From assembly GCF_001447785.1 (NCBI RefSeq), contig NW_015177038.1, positions 575,300 to 639,299 on the forward strand: a DNA stretch of 64,000 nucleotides. The letters run 5' to 3'. A program made the translations under genes and the position numbers. This DNA is from Gekko japonicus. Lineage: Eukaryota. Each line of letters begins with the position of its first letter. The stretch's first letter is position 1. Shown one piece after another: positions 50,583-63,471 of this stretch. Below the pieces are notes generated by a model. It did no database searches. It saw nothing but the letters and a program-made list of their open reading frames with translations, and was not told the origin of the DNA.

Positions 50583-51695
50583 TAATTTAAATGTCCTTGG
50601 TTCAGGTTTCCCCACAGCACAACCACACTGGGTTTAATTCTTCAGCCATCTTTAATGCCCCTCTGCCATATAAGACTCACTTTTAATTTTTTATTTATCA
50701 TATATGCCTATCTTTTCACCCGTGCCATGTGCACACTGTTGTTTCTTTTTTCTTTTTTATCCATCTTTCTTCTTTTTTAAAAAAAACATAACTCACACCA
50801 GTTCAAAATAAAAGGTAGGCAAGCCAGCATCCTCTCAGTCACAGCCTCTCCAAACCCCTTTACAATGCAGAGGCTACAACATTGGTCCACTGTGCAAGGA
50901 CGTTGTAGGACTACTGCACTGTGCAAAGTGATACAGTTTTATGTACCAATTTGTAAAGTAGTGCAGGGCATTAAAACCAATACCTTTTCTCTGAGAAGGA
51001 ACTACTTCTATGAATGAGTTATTAAACTGTAGAATTCACTGCTGGAGGATGCCAGCAAAACGGGACTAGACAGATTCATGGGTCAATTGATGGCTACAAG
51101 CCATGGTGACTGAAAGGAGCCTCCATATCTAGAGGCAGCAAACTTCTGAATCCCAGTGCTGGGAGAAGATAGCAACAGGGGAGGGCCTCTGCCTCTGCAC
51201 CCTGATGTTTGACCCTCCAGGGCAACTGGTTGGCCACTCTGTGTAATGGGATGCTGGACTAGATGGACCACTGTTAGGCAAATTATTTTTCTGCACAGGA
51301 AGAGAAGGGCTTCACCAAGAAAGCACTTTGTATTGTTCTAGCTGCTGCGGTATTTTAGGGGGGCTGCCTGCCTTTTAAAATTTATTGGTATTTTATTAAT
51401 TAGTGATGGTTTCTGCTTGTTTTCCTTAAATGGGCCTTACTGTGTTTGTGTTTAAAGCCACTGGAGAACTTTCAGCGTGGGCAAAGAACTCTCCCACTAT
51501 TGCTCTCTAGTGTCATAGAAGTGTTTTAAATATGTTTTTTCAACTCCACACACGTGCAGAACAGGTGACACCACACTGATTTTTAGCCTTCCTTTACCAG
51601 GAGCTGGTCACTTTGTGGCAAGTAGCCGTGTTCTTCACTGAGAGAGAGGGATAGTTCTACTGGATCGAGGGCAAAAAGCGGCTAACAAGAACATT

Positions 51696-51723
51696 ATGCA
51701 GGACAAGAATGTGGCCTCTCTCG
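51696..51723 (+). CDS. gene D: coding tail (MQDKNVASL) of a disrupted KRAB-A exon (51601-51723)
   Basis: TTTACCAG acceptor; ELVTLWQVAVFFTE then a frameshift/stop, then LLDRGQKA...MQDKNVASLG; phase-1 GTAAGG donor in frame with 53859. Confidence 0.7.
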
Positions 51724-52997
51724 GTAAGGATTTTTCTACCATTAGTCCTTCTAAACATGGACATGTCCCTAGGCCCCCACTATCAAAAAATATCTGCCCA
51801 TGCATACAGCCCAGCCTTATGCACATTGATTCAGGAGATCCACTGGTCAGTGGAACTTACATCCCAGTATGTGTTCATACTGCATGTCTTAATAACTTAA
51901 GGAGAGAGGGGCCGTTGCTCAGTAGTGGAGTATGTGCTTCACACACACACATAAAATCCCATATTCCATCCCTGGTATCTCTAGCTAAAAGAACTGTAGG
52001 TAGCAAGGCCAGCAGAAGCACCTGCTTGAGCCTCTGCCAGTAAGAGCTGATGATACTGTCCTGGATACATGTGGACCAACAGCCCGGCTCGGTGCAAAAC
52101 AAGTTCTTATTTCTTTGAAGTAGTGTAGTATAGTGGTTGGACTAGGATCCAGGAGTCTTGGGTTCAGGTTTGAGAGACAGTGTAGTGTAGTGGTTAGAGC
52201 ATCAAACTAGGATCTGGAAGAAGCTGGTTCGAATCCCCACTCTGCCACAGAAGCCTGCTTGGTGACCTTGGGCCAGTCACTGTCTCTCAGCCTAACCTGC
52301 TTCACGGAGTTCTTGTTGGAGGGATAAAGCTTATCATGATATCAATGCTGAGCAAAATGACAAACTGAGATTCCTTCTCTGGCTCAAAAACCAGGCTTCC
52401 AAACTACGACTTCGTCCCCGAACAGTGCAATCAGTTATAATTATTCATTGATTTATTTAACCATTTCAGTGCCATTTTTGCCCCCAAAGCAGCTTACAGA
52501 AATTTCCCAAACATATTAAATTTATTTAGACAAGCAAGACAAACAACCCATTTTGGACACTGGCTGGACTGGCTGTCATAGGTCCCAGGCTGTGAGCCTT
52601 GGGCCAAGAGTCCTTGGGGTGTTGACCAAGGGCTCCTGTCTCTGGCCATGCCCAGACTTTTATACCTGCAGATCGGAAGGAGACAGAAGCTCAGCTAGAT
52701 GTGATGCAGCTGGAAGGATGTTCCCAAAGGGTCTAGCTAAATGATATATATGATGCGGGCTGAGTTCAGGGGTCCCCTGACCTGGCTTGTAGTCACATGT
52801 ACTGTTGGGGAAACTCACCTGCTGAAGTGCTCATTGCTTGCAGGGGCTCACGAACGCCGTGAGAGGGGAGGAGGGGCTTTAGGCTTCCCTCCTGCACTGT
52901 TTTCCCAAGTGGAAATGGCTGCAGACGGCCCCTGTTTGTCCCTTTCTCGGGCTTCACAAGTCCTGGGATCATGTGACTTAAGGATACGTGTAAGTGC

Positions 52998-53180
52998 CAG
53001 GGCTCTTTTTGTAGCAGGTACTCATTTACATATTAGGCAACACCCCCCCTAATGTAGCCAATCCTCCAAGAGCTTACAGTAGCCCCTGTAAGAAGAGCTC
53101 TGTAATCTCTTGGAGGATTGGCTACATTAGGGGTGTGTGGCCTAATATGCAAAGGAGTTCCTGCTACAAAAAGAGCCCTG
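52998..53180. mobile_element. palindromic MITE (183 bp)
   Basis: CAGGGCTCTTTTTGTAGCAGG...CCTGCTACAAAAAGAGCCCTG; arms complementary over ~80 bp. Confidence 0.85.
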
Positions 53181-53858
53181 CGTAACCCAAGAAAGGGGCA
53201 AACAGCCCCTCCCCAGCCATCTCTGCTTTGGAAAATGGCACGGGAGGACATCCTGAAGCCCCTTCTCCCCTCTCGCAGTGTTCACAAGCCCCTGTGAGCA
53301 ACAGGCATTTATTTATTGTGATTTATATCCCACCCTACCCTGCAAGCAGGCTCAGGGTAGCTCACATCACATCATCAAAGACAATTTAAAACATCAGTAA
53401 TCAGCGCCATATAAATAAGGTTAAAATTTAAATAATAATCTAAGTTCCTGATTGACAGTTTGGCAATTGGTGTAATTCAGTGCACACTAGTCTCATGCTA
53501 GAAGGTTGATGGATCAGGATAGATCAAGCCGAGTCCCCCCATTGTACATGTGACTGCAATCTGGTTTTGAGTCACATGCATTGTTTAGCTATACCCAAAA
53601 GACTCCCTCCTTCTGCTCCCATATTCTGTGTTTGTGAACATCCCAGAGGTATCCAATTGGTCTACATACATTTGCTGTTGCTGGCCTGTATACCTTTTGG
53701 TATGACCCAGCAAGATTTTTATGTCAGAGGGTGTGAATGTATATTAAGGAACAGCATATAGTTGCTTTGGTGCAGGCTTTCAGCCAATCCAATTTTAGCA
53801 ATGTTGGCCTTTGGTGTAAGAAGCAATTCACAGCTAGATTCTTTCTTTGTCTGAGCAG

Positions 53859-55504
53859 ATGATGAGCTGCTACATGAGGACAAGGAGGAGAGTTCTCAGC
53901 GGGAAAGTCCAGATTGTACAGAACCCCATGGGATGCTGTTGGGGAAGTCCCATGTCTCCCAACTGGGAAACACCCGTGAGAATCAGAATGGTAGAGTGCC
54001 ACAGCAGGAGTCTTCCTCAGACGACACATGGTGTAAACTCTCTCCTGGTCAAGAAAGGATCATTAAGCTGAATGCATCGTTAATTCAGGAAACAATATGC
54101 AAAAGAAAGCAAGAGCATGTGCATTCTAACTATGGGAAAGCTTTCACTCAGAGCGCCTGCCTTATTGGTTGCCAGATAAAACGTGCAGCAGGAAGGCCCT
54201 ATCCATGTGCTGAGTGTGGGAAAAGCTTCAATAAGAGCTCACACCTCACTGTGCATGAGAGAATCCACACAGGTGAGAAACCCTATGGATGTGCAGAGTG
54301 TGGCAAAGGCTTCTGTAGCAGTTCTAAGCTAATTTCACATCAGAGAATTCACACTGGAGAAAAACCATGTTTGTGTGCTGATTGCGGCAGGAGCTTCTAT
54401 TCCACCTCTGAACTCAGCAGACATTGGAAAATTCACACTGGAGAAAAACCCTATGTCTGTGACGAGTGCAGAAAAAGCTTCTCCAGCATCTCAGACCTCA
54501 GCAGACATCAGAGAATCCACACGGGTGAGCGATCTTATGAATGTCCCAGTTGTGGGAGAGGCTTCACCCAGAAATCACACATGATTACTCATCAGAGAAT
54601 CCACACTGGAGAAAAACCATTCAGGTGCCCAGAGTGTGGAGAAAGTTTCAGTATTAAGTCAGGTCTACAAAGTCATCAGCGAGTACACACGTCAGAAAAG
54701 CCTTATGTCTGTGTGGTGTGTGAGAAGAGCTTTGGTTGGGCCTCTGTTTTGCTCAGGCATCAAAGGATTCACACAGGAGAGAAACCCTATATGTGCCCTG
54801 ACTGTGGGGAAAGCTTCACTCAGAGCTCACACCTTAGCAGTCATAAGCGAGTCCACATGACTGAGAAGCCTTATGCATGTGTGGAGTGTGGGAAAAGCTT
54901 TAGGAGGACCTCAGAGCTCATTGCTCACCAGAAAACTCACATGGAGGAGAAGCCGTACCCATGCAGTCAGTGTTCAAAAAGTTTCAGTAAAAGCTCAGAA
55001 CTCCTGGCACATCAAAGAAGCCACATGGGAGAAAAGCCCTTTTCCTGCACCGTGTGCAATAAAAACTTCATTAGAAGTTCACAGCTAATTGCACACCAAA
55101 GAATTCATACAGGGGAAAAACCTTACGTGTGCAGTGAGTGTGGTAAAAGTTTCTGTTACACATCAAATCTGAACAGGCATAAAAAAATCCATACAGGGGA
55201 GAGAGCCTACAAATGCTCCACCTGCGGGAAAAGATTCTCCCAGAGATCAAACTTGACCAAACATGAGAGAATCCACACAGGTGAGAATCTTTATAAATGC
55301 AATGACTGTGGACAAAGCTTTACCGTTAGATCAGGCCTCCTTCGCCATCAGCAGGTTCATGCAGGGGAGCCATCTGCCCTTTTGAGTAGCACAGAAGAGA
55401 AACCTCAAGCATATCTCAAAACTCGAAGTGAAAACCTTCACTTGGAGCCCAGCAGTGCTACTAACAAAGCCAAGAATTCACTTGAGAGTGAGCTGTCACC
55501 ATAA
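53859..55504 (+). CDS. gene D terminal exon: 14 C2H2 zinc fingers
   Basis: CTTTCTTTGTCTGAGCAG acceptor in phase 1; 14 fingers; TAA stop; spliced product 557 aa. Confidence 0.95.
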
Positions 55505-57102
55505 ACACTACAGTGCTATGAAATCTGCATGCGGTAGAAACCATTGGACACAACCAAAGATGACTCTCTGTCTCTGGTAGGCAGCTGGTTGTAGAGGCAC
55601 ACAGAGAATGACTTCTGATGTTCATCTCAGTTGATTGGCAGCCTTGCAGGGGATAAGGGGATTCTTCAAGAAAAAAATTCCCATGTGATCTATTCACGTG
55701 ACATTTTTTCCTTAGCCCTTAGTCAGTATCTTTTAATATAATTTGATGCATTTCTTGAGCCATCTGGATTGTTCTTTTCAGAAATTAAACTTATTCCATA
55801 CATGCAGGTATCTCGGAGTTTTGACCTGGGGATATTCCTTGTTCCTTGCTTTTTGCTTGGGGCATTCTGGAATCAGTATGATGTGGGTTAATCCAGCACA
55901 TCTGGGGGAGGACCTCTGGGGATCAGCAAGTCCTTTGCAAGGATAGAGGACAAACCCTTGTCATGTCCATTCAGGTAATATGAAAATGGAGCCAGTTTCC
56001 TAAGAGCAGGAGGAGACTGTGTGCCTCCGGGAAGGGAACAGAATCAGCTGGTCTCCTGTTTATATGAGCAACCCCAAAGGTTTTTCCAGGCCCCTTCCTA
56101 CCCCTATTCAGCTGGCCACTGGCTAGAAGCTGTTTGTGGTGGTAGAAAGTGCCATCAAATGGCAGCTGACATTTTCAAGGCAAGGGATAAACAGAGGTCA
56201 TTTGCACAGAGGTCATTTGCCATTGCCTGCCTCTGTGTAGCAACCTTGGTGGTCTCCCATCCAAGTATTAACCAGGGCTGACCCTGCTTAGCTTCCAAAA
56301 TATGATGAGATTGTCTTAGCGTGGGCTGTTTAGGTGAGGGCAGAAGTTATTTACCGATAAGAATAGTTTATTGCTGTCTTTAGCACAAACTCCCTCCCAA
56401 TCAGGGATGAGATTGATTAGGACTTCGGTCAGGGCCTTTTGACTGGTGGCCCTATGAGAATAGCTGCTGCCTGAGACATGGACACACATACAGATAATAC
56501 CCACATTTTTAGGTCAGCTTGCTTTTAAAATGCAGCTGATCTGGTTCTCACTGTACTGTCTTGAGGACAGTAGAGGATGGACGCATATTTTTTAAGCCCC
56601 TGGAGGGGATTTTTTATTGCATTTTTTTAACACTACAAACTACAACAGAAAATGGGGGGGACTACATTTATGGGATAAAGAAAGATACCCACTACTGACT
56701 AAAAACCCAAGAGAGGAGATCATCTCACCAGTTTAGACATACAGTTAGTCTTAATCCCGTTAATCTTACTATTAACTGAGTCAAATTTAGCATTAACTTT
56801 TTCCAGTCATAAGTTTAAAATTTAACTGTCAAATAGAAACACCCACTGGACTCTTAAAATTCCTGTGCTTTCTGAACAGAGTCAGTCTTTTCTTTTTTGA
56901 GGATGGACGCATTTTGAAGGAGGGATGGCTGGTGCAAGGGCAGACATGGAGGGCTTGGGGGTCCACAAAAATGTCAATAAAATTGGGTGTTGCTGAATGT
57001 TTGAGATCTTCTTGGTGATCTATTTGAGGGTCTGCATGAAAAAAAAATCCTGTTTTAAAGTCAGTGTACACATTGAGGTCAGTCTACACATTAAAGTCAG
57101 TC

Positions 57103-57315
57103 AAAGAAGACGGGGACGGCAAAGGATGAGATGGTTAGACAGTGTCATCGATGCAACGAACATGAAGTTGAGCAAACTTCAGAGGACGGCAGAAGACTGG
57201 GTGTTGCTGAATGTTTGAGATCTTCTGGGTGATCTATTTGAGTGTCTGCATGAAAAAAAATCCTGTTTTAAAGTCAGTCTACACATTGAGAGGACTGTGC
57301 GACTGAACAACAAAA
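57103..57315 (+). mobile_element. chimeric BovB/RTE 3' fragment
   Basis: RRRGRQRMRWLDSVIDATNMKLSKLQR segment and CGACTGAACAACAA tail separated by a copy of flanking DNA. Confidence 0.85.
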
Positions 57316-59619
57316 ACACATTGAGGGGTGGAGAATATGGTACAGTCCTCTCTGGACTGTAACACTTGAGAAGGCATGGTTGCAAATGGCATGTTTCAAT
57401 GTGTGTCCATGTGTAAAAAAAAATAATGCACACAAGAATGGCACAGTGGGGAGAAGGCCAAGCAAGAGTGCTTGCTTTCTGTAAACAAAGAATGCAAAGT
57501 ATGAGAAAGCACATACTCATGCAGCTTGCATTCTGCAGTGAGAGCCTCCAGCTGTGAACTCTGGCATCCAGCTCTTCAGGTTTGCATGCGAATCCCGCAG
57601 TCCAGCTGGGGTCCATAAACAGTCAAGCTAGCTCTTTTCGCCATTCCACATGCCCATCCTGGATGCTACCGCCACTCCTGCAGGCAAGGGCTGGGCACTC
57701 TTAATATAAGTGGTTATGAAAGAACTCATCAAGTGATGATTAGTCTGGATTAAGCATTTTGATTAGTATCCCGTTGGAAGCCTTTCTTTATTTGCTCAAC
57801 CACCGCTACAAAGGCTGTTGCTGGAACACGGCACTCGTAGCTTAGCTGCTCCACCAGCTCCGTAGGCTACCTTTGTGTGAGCAAAGACTCAGTCCACACA
57901 AACACAGCAAACAGCATTAGGTACTTCTATGAGACAGTTGGGTACCTTTGGAATTCTGATACAGGGTGGTGGGTAAAGCCACAGAATGGCTGCTGCAGGG
58001 GGTGGAGCCGGCCACCAAATGGCTGCTGCAGCTTACCTTCAGTCACCCAGTGAAGATCCTTGTGCTGTGATGGCAGCTGCTGCCAAAGCTACATTTCTAA
58101 AAACCTGCATAGCCAATCAGGTCTCCAAGGGGCAATCAGAAGGCTTGCTGGGCAGAAGTCATACCTGGCCCTCCCTCTTTCTAACACACTTGACCAACCT
58201 GGTGAAAGAAGAGAAGAAGAAGAGATTGGATGTATACCCCGCCCTTCACTTGGAGTCTCAGAGCGGTTTACAAACTCCTTTCCCTTCCCCTCCCCACAAC
58301 AGACACCCTGTGAGGTGGGTGGGGCTGAGAGAACTCTGACACAAACTGCTCTTTTTCAAGGACAGCTGTGCCAGAGCTTGTGACTGACCCAAGGTCACAT
58401 CAGCAGGTGCAAGTGGAGGAGTGGGGAATCAAACCCAGTTCTCCCAGATTAGAGTCTGCGCACTTAACCACTACACCAAACTGGTGTGGGAGGGCATCAT
58501 GGTCCCCATGGGTACCACATTGGGGGCTCCTGTTCTAGAAGAACTACTTGTGGGGTCAGGTTTTACTTTTGCACTGTTCACTCATACTGTGCTAAATAAA
58601 ACAAGTGACAGCCCTATCTAAGGACCTGTTCCTCTTTGGGAAAGATTGCATCATATCGGCCCAGTTATGGCTGGAGACCTGATCTAGGGTTGCCAACCTC
58701 CAGGTGGCACCTAGAGGTATCCTGCTAATACAATTGATCTCCACGCAATCCAGATCAGTTCTCCTAGAGAAAATGGCTGCTTTGGAAGGTGAACTCTGTG
58801 GCATTTATACCCTGCTGAGGTCCCAGACTTCACCCCCAATATCTCCAGGTATTTCCCAACCCAGAGCTGGCAACCCTTGATAGAACTATTTGAAAAATTG
58901 GTTTTGATTTGAAGGATGTTGGTGGATGAAGACAGGCCTCTTCATCTGTATTTCTCTTTTTTTTCCCTCTCACACCCAAAATTCTTTATAAATGCTGATG
59001 TGCAGGCATTTCAGCATCCACTGAAGAAATCAGAACTTCACACACTGATGAGACAAGACAACCAACCCAAAATGGAGAGAGGCACCCAAAACTTTTCCAA
59101 AGCTGATGGGTATGTTGTTCTTCATACAGGGGTATTTAAAAAGAGAGCTAAAAGAGATTAGTTTCGTAAATATACTGAGTTTAGAGGGGTAGCCTGTGGC
59201 TTAGCCCTGGAGCACAAATCCTGCCTGTAGAGTCCCAGCATCTCCAGCCAATTTTTTCAGGGGGAAAATGCTACAGGAAGAGGATAAGAATAGTTTAAAT
59301 AAACTAAAGTACCTTTGATCCCCCTGATGCCCACCACATTAAGTAACGTCCATGTACGTACACTGTATAACAACGTCTAATGTTACAGTGAACACGTTTA
59401 TCCTGCCTGTACATGGCTGTAAAAAAGAGCCAACACGTGTTCATTTTATGAATGAAACCAGGAACCAGTACCTGATTGTGTGATGTTTGTTATCACGCAT
59501 TACGTATTAATAATATGCGCTGACTGTAACATGAGAATTATTTAACGCATCCAAAGAACAATCAAGCGTACATTGTTCATGTACTGTACATTCTTTCAGT
59601 GTAACTTGCAAGTAGGACT

Positions 59620-60233
59620 GCGATGAATTTGCACGCAGAAAGTGTCCTCCACGGGAGACCTTCACAACGCATGAAGCGGCAGAAAGAGAAGCAAGCTCCT
59701 CCGCAGAGGCGATCCCATTCCAGGGCTGTGGATTCGGCATAGTACTCTTCGGGGCTCAGCCTCCAGATGTCCCGAAAAGACTTCACACTACAATTCTGGG
59801 CAGTGTTGCAGCCCGGCTTGGAAATGGCACCGGTACAGGAAGGGGTTGGACCTACTGTAGCAAGTGGGTGTGCGTGGCTCGGACAGAAGAGCAGATCCGG
59901 GGCGGAGAAGAAGACACAGAACAAAAGGAGCAGAGAGTGCGCACCGTTCACGAGCCTATCATTTCTTTATTTTTTTAAAAAATAAATTATTTATGCCGAG
60001 CTGCTTCTGCTTTGGAAATATATTGTCGGAGAAGTTGCAGTCTCGCGTCGCCAGCCCCCAGCCCCGCCCCGCGATCTGGGCCTGAGCAGCCACTGACGAC
60101 GATCCGAGGGACGCTAAGGGCGGACGTTGATTCTCGCTTACACTCGGGGCCCGACCGGAGTGAAAACTGCCGCAGCCTGAAATCACCTTCTACGTGCTGC
60201 AGTCATTAACTACTGAACACCCGGACACTCCAG
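59620..60233 (+). promoter_or_regulatory. CpG-island promoter / non-coding first exon of gene E
   Basis: CpG-dense; GC box GCCCCGCCCC at 60061; donor CAG|GTAATA at 60233. Confidence 0.7.
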
Positions 60234-60682
60234 GTAATACTGCAGGAATTATTTGAAGAGAAAAGCAAGAACCTGGGGGCCGTTTATTTTTGCTAACATA
60301 CCAGGAAAGAAAGAAAGAAAGCAGTGAAGGGTATGAAGGGCCAATATGTCAAAAAACGTGGATGATCCTGCCTCCCAGAAATTGCATTTTAATATTCCGT
60401 AACCATAGCTGTTTCTTTCATCGAATCATCCAAATACATCTAGATTTAGACAACGTTATTTGAATAGGAGAATTAAGCAAAGTGGAAGTATTAATAGTTT
60501 GCCTTTAAAATTTCTACATTTAGCAGGATTCCTGCCTGAGGGTATCTTGGAGGATATTCTTGGATATAATGAGAAATGTGGTCCTTTATCTGTTAAAGGG
60601 GAATCCTTTGGAAGATATTCCAAATGGATAGCTGTGTTAGTGTGTAGGAGGAAAGTAAAGCAGGAGTCCAGTGAGTGCTAAC

Positions 60683-60888
60683 CAGTGCTCCCTCTAAGCT
60701 GTGGAGTCTTGTGAGCAAATATTCTACTTTGTGGGCTACCGGCATTGAAGTTGTGAGTGAGCAGTTTGGCTGCTGCATAAATTAGTTTGCTCTGGAGCCA
60801 TCCTTCCTGAGCGAAGACAGAAATGTGTGCGCTGGAGGCTAAAAACCTGTGAGCTAGCTCACACTAACTCAGCTTAGAGGGAACACTG
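60683..60888. mobile_element. hAT MITE
   Basis: Same TIRs; TSD G(T/C)GCTAAC. Confidence 0.92.
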
Positions 60889-62337
60889 GCGCTAACTCAC
60901 AAATGTTTATTCAGGAATAATTGTTTTTCGTCTTTAAGGAGCCACTGGACTGCTGTTTTATTTAGGAAGGTATGACATGTATCCACGGGGAAAGAATCCC
61001 ACCATTTCATAATAACAATATACAAATGAGCCATTTTGATTTATCTTAGCAACCCCTGCTAACGGATAACCTGAGTCATCTCATGTTAAATCTAGCTAGT
61101 TAGCTGTAAACTGGGATGCGCCAAATTCAAATGCCACCGCATTTGTGAGTTATTGGGTGGCTATAGGAGGTTTACCACCAGTACTCTTTGCAATGTGTGT
61201 GTGTTTGTGCAGGGGGGTAAGAGCAATGTTCTGTTCTGATATAACATTATAAGGATGACCGAGATAGTGTATGCAATGCTTTGAATATTCCAACGTGCAC
61301 TGTACCACGGTGAGATGTAGGCATGGTAGACTAGGAGTCCCCAACCTTTTTGAGCCTGTGGGCACCTTTTGAATTCCAACATAGGGTGGTGGGTACAACT
61401 TCAGAATGCCCACGTGGGAGGCGGAGCCAGCCAAACACACAGAGGATGCCCAAGTGCAAGGGATAAGAGGAGTAAATTTTAAAAATACACTGGGAAAGAG
61501 GAGGCAGAGAGAGAATAAAACCAGCAGTGTAGGGACAGCTGTTGCTGAAACGGTATTTTAATCTGCACAGCCAGTCAGATCTCAAGTAGGCAGTTAGAAG
61601 GCCTACTAGGCAGGAGCCCCATCCCCTTTCTAAAAACAGCACTTGGTGGGCACCAGGAAAGGTATTGGCGGGTGCCATGGCTCCCCCATTCACCCCATTG
61701 GGGACCCCTAGTGCTTGGAATGGCAGACTGGGGAGACTTGGGTATTCCATAAAGCTCATTGGGTGGACCTTCAGCTGTTTACTTTTTCTCAACCAAACCT
61801 ACCTCACAGAGTGGTGGTTCTAAGGATAAAATGGAGGGGGAGGGAGAAGAGCCATGTATGCTGTTGTGAGTTCCTACAAAACTAATCCAGGAAAACAGCA
61901 GAGAGATGTGCCCCGTGGCTAGTATATCTATGCGGTTTATTGGATTTGCTTTCAAGATGTTGGGTTTATGTTCTCTGATGTCAGGAATGAAGCACCGCCC
62001 CTTTAAGAATGAGAAAGTACAGGGCAGAGCAGATGAACTATATACAGAGAGCCTCAGGTTCAATCCCTGCTTTCTCCTGTTACGTGAGTCTTGAGTAGCA
62101 AATACTGCATTTCAGATTTTCTGCAGGCCAGGGGGTGGGGGGTTATGTGCTTTTCACTGCAGCTTCTGTGTGCTGTTCACAGCTCTGCTGAATTGACTTA
62201 AGAGGAGGAAGCCTTTGAGTATTGTATTTCTGAGAAGGACTAAGAAGCCTCACTCCCTGATCACTAAAAGACATACTTAGTACCCTTTTGGTTTCTGTAT
62301 CTATCTGTTTGTTTGCATTTGCCAAAACTAGTTCAGA

Positions 62338-62353
62338 ATACTAATACTAATAC

Positions 62354-62389
<36 letters not shown>
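62338..62389. repeat. (TACTAA)n/(TAA)n microsatellite
   Basis: Direct reading. Confidence 0.95.
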
Positions 62390-62390
<1 letters not shown>

Positions 62391-63471
62391 GGTTAAGAGT
62401 CCAGGCTGATCTGAGAAGATCTTTGTTTACAGCTTCCCTCGGCTGTGTTCACACTTAAGAAAACTTTTGTCTCTTCCATCTGCATTCTGCAAACAATCAT
62501 ATTCGCCTACCCTTGCAGGGTTGTAGTATAAATTACTGACATAGCATACATTAAATGGTAAGTAATCAAAAGTTGTCACATTTTATTTTGGTACTGTAGC
62601 CTTGCCTGGGAGAATGTAAACCATACTGAAGACCTAGAGCCCCTGCTTCGTAGAGGAGATCTCCTGGATTGACTTGATTATTTCCTACTTTTTTTCAAAT
62701 CACTCCTCAAAACACCTTTTCCTGTTCGGTCTTTGTTACGATCCCTCTCCCCTAGTGAAACCAAGGCTGCTTCCACAACTGAGGTTTTGCTCTGGGTTGG
62801 CATTCAAATTGGGGCATGATTTTACTTTGTTTTGTTTAGCATCTACATGATGTTCCAGTATTTTGCTGCAGTCTCTTGCAAACCTGCTTTGATACAGTCT
62901 TTTGGGAGTCAAAGCGTATTTGTAAACCATGTGGATGCTCTGTTGATATTGAGAATGCCTGGGCCTTTGCTGCTGCAGCAGCGAGAGCTCAATAGAGAAT
63001 CATCACCATGGGGCAGCAACCTAAGCAGGTGCAAGTGGAATAAATGAACACAGATTGTTCCCCTGTTTATCTCCAATTCCCTCCTGTCCTTTTTTGTTGT
63101 CTTCCTTATGCCAGATGATATATGGCAAGCTCCTTAGGGCAGTGACTGTCTTTTTGCACTCTGTATACATATAGCCTGGATAGCCCAGGATAGCCCATGT
63201 CAGAACTTGGAAGCTAAACAGGGTCAGCCTTGGTCAATATATTTGAACGGGAGACCATCAAGGGATACCAGAGTTGCTACACAGAGGCAGGCAGGGGCAA
63301 GCCACCTATGAAAATCCCTTGCCTACAGGGTTGCCATAAGTCAGCTCCGACTTGACAGCAAAAACTATATCAGTGGCACTGTGTAGATTATGATGGTGAC
63401 GTCTTGTTTTCAGTTGCACACCCAGTTTTCTCACTTCGTTTTTCTGTTGCACAGAATGGTTCATCTTATGA

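Noticed and set aside
62860-63030. KRAB-B-like relic (SCKPALIQ...SSPW) for gene E
   Set aside because: Similarity too weak and no convincing splice pair
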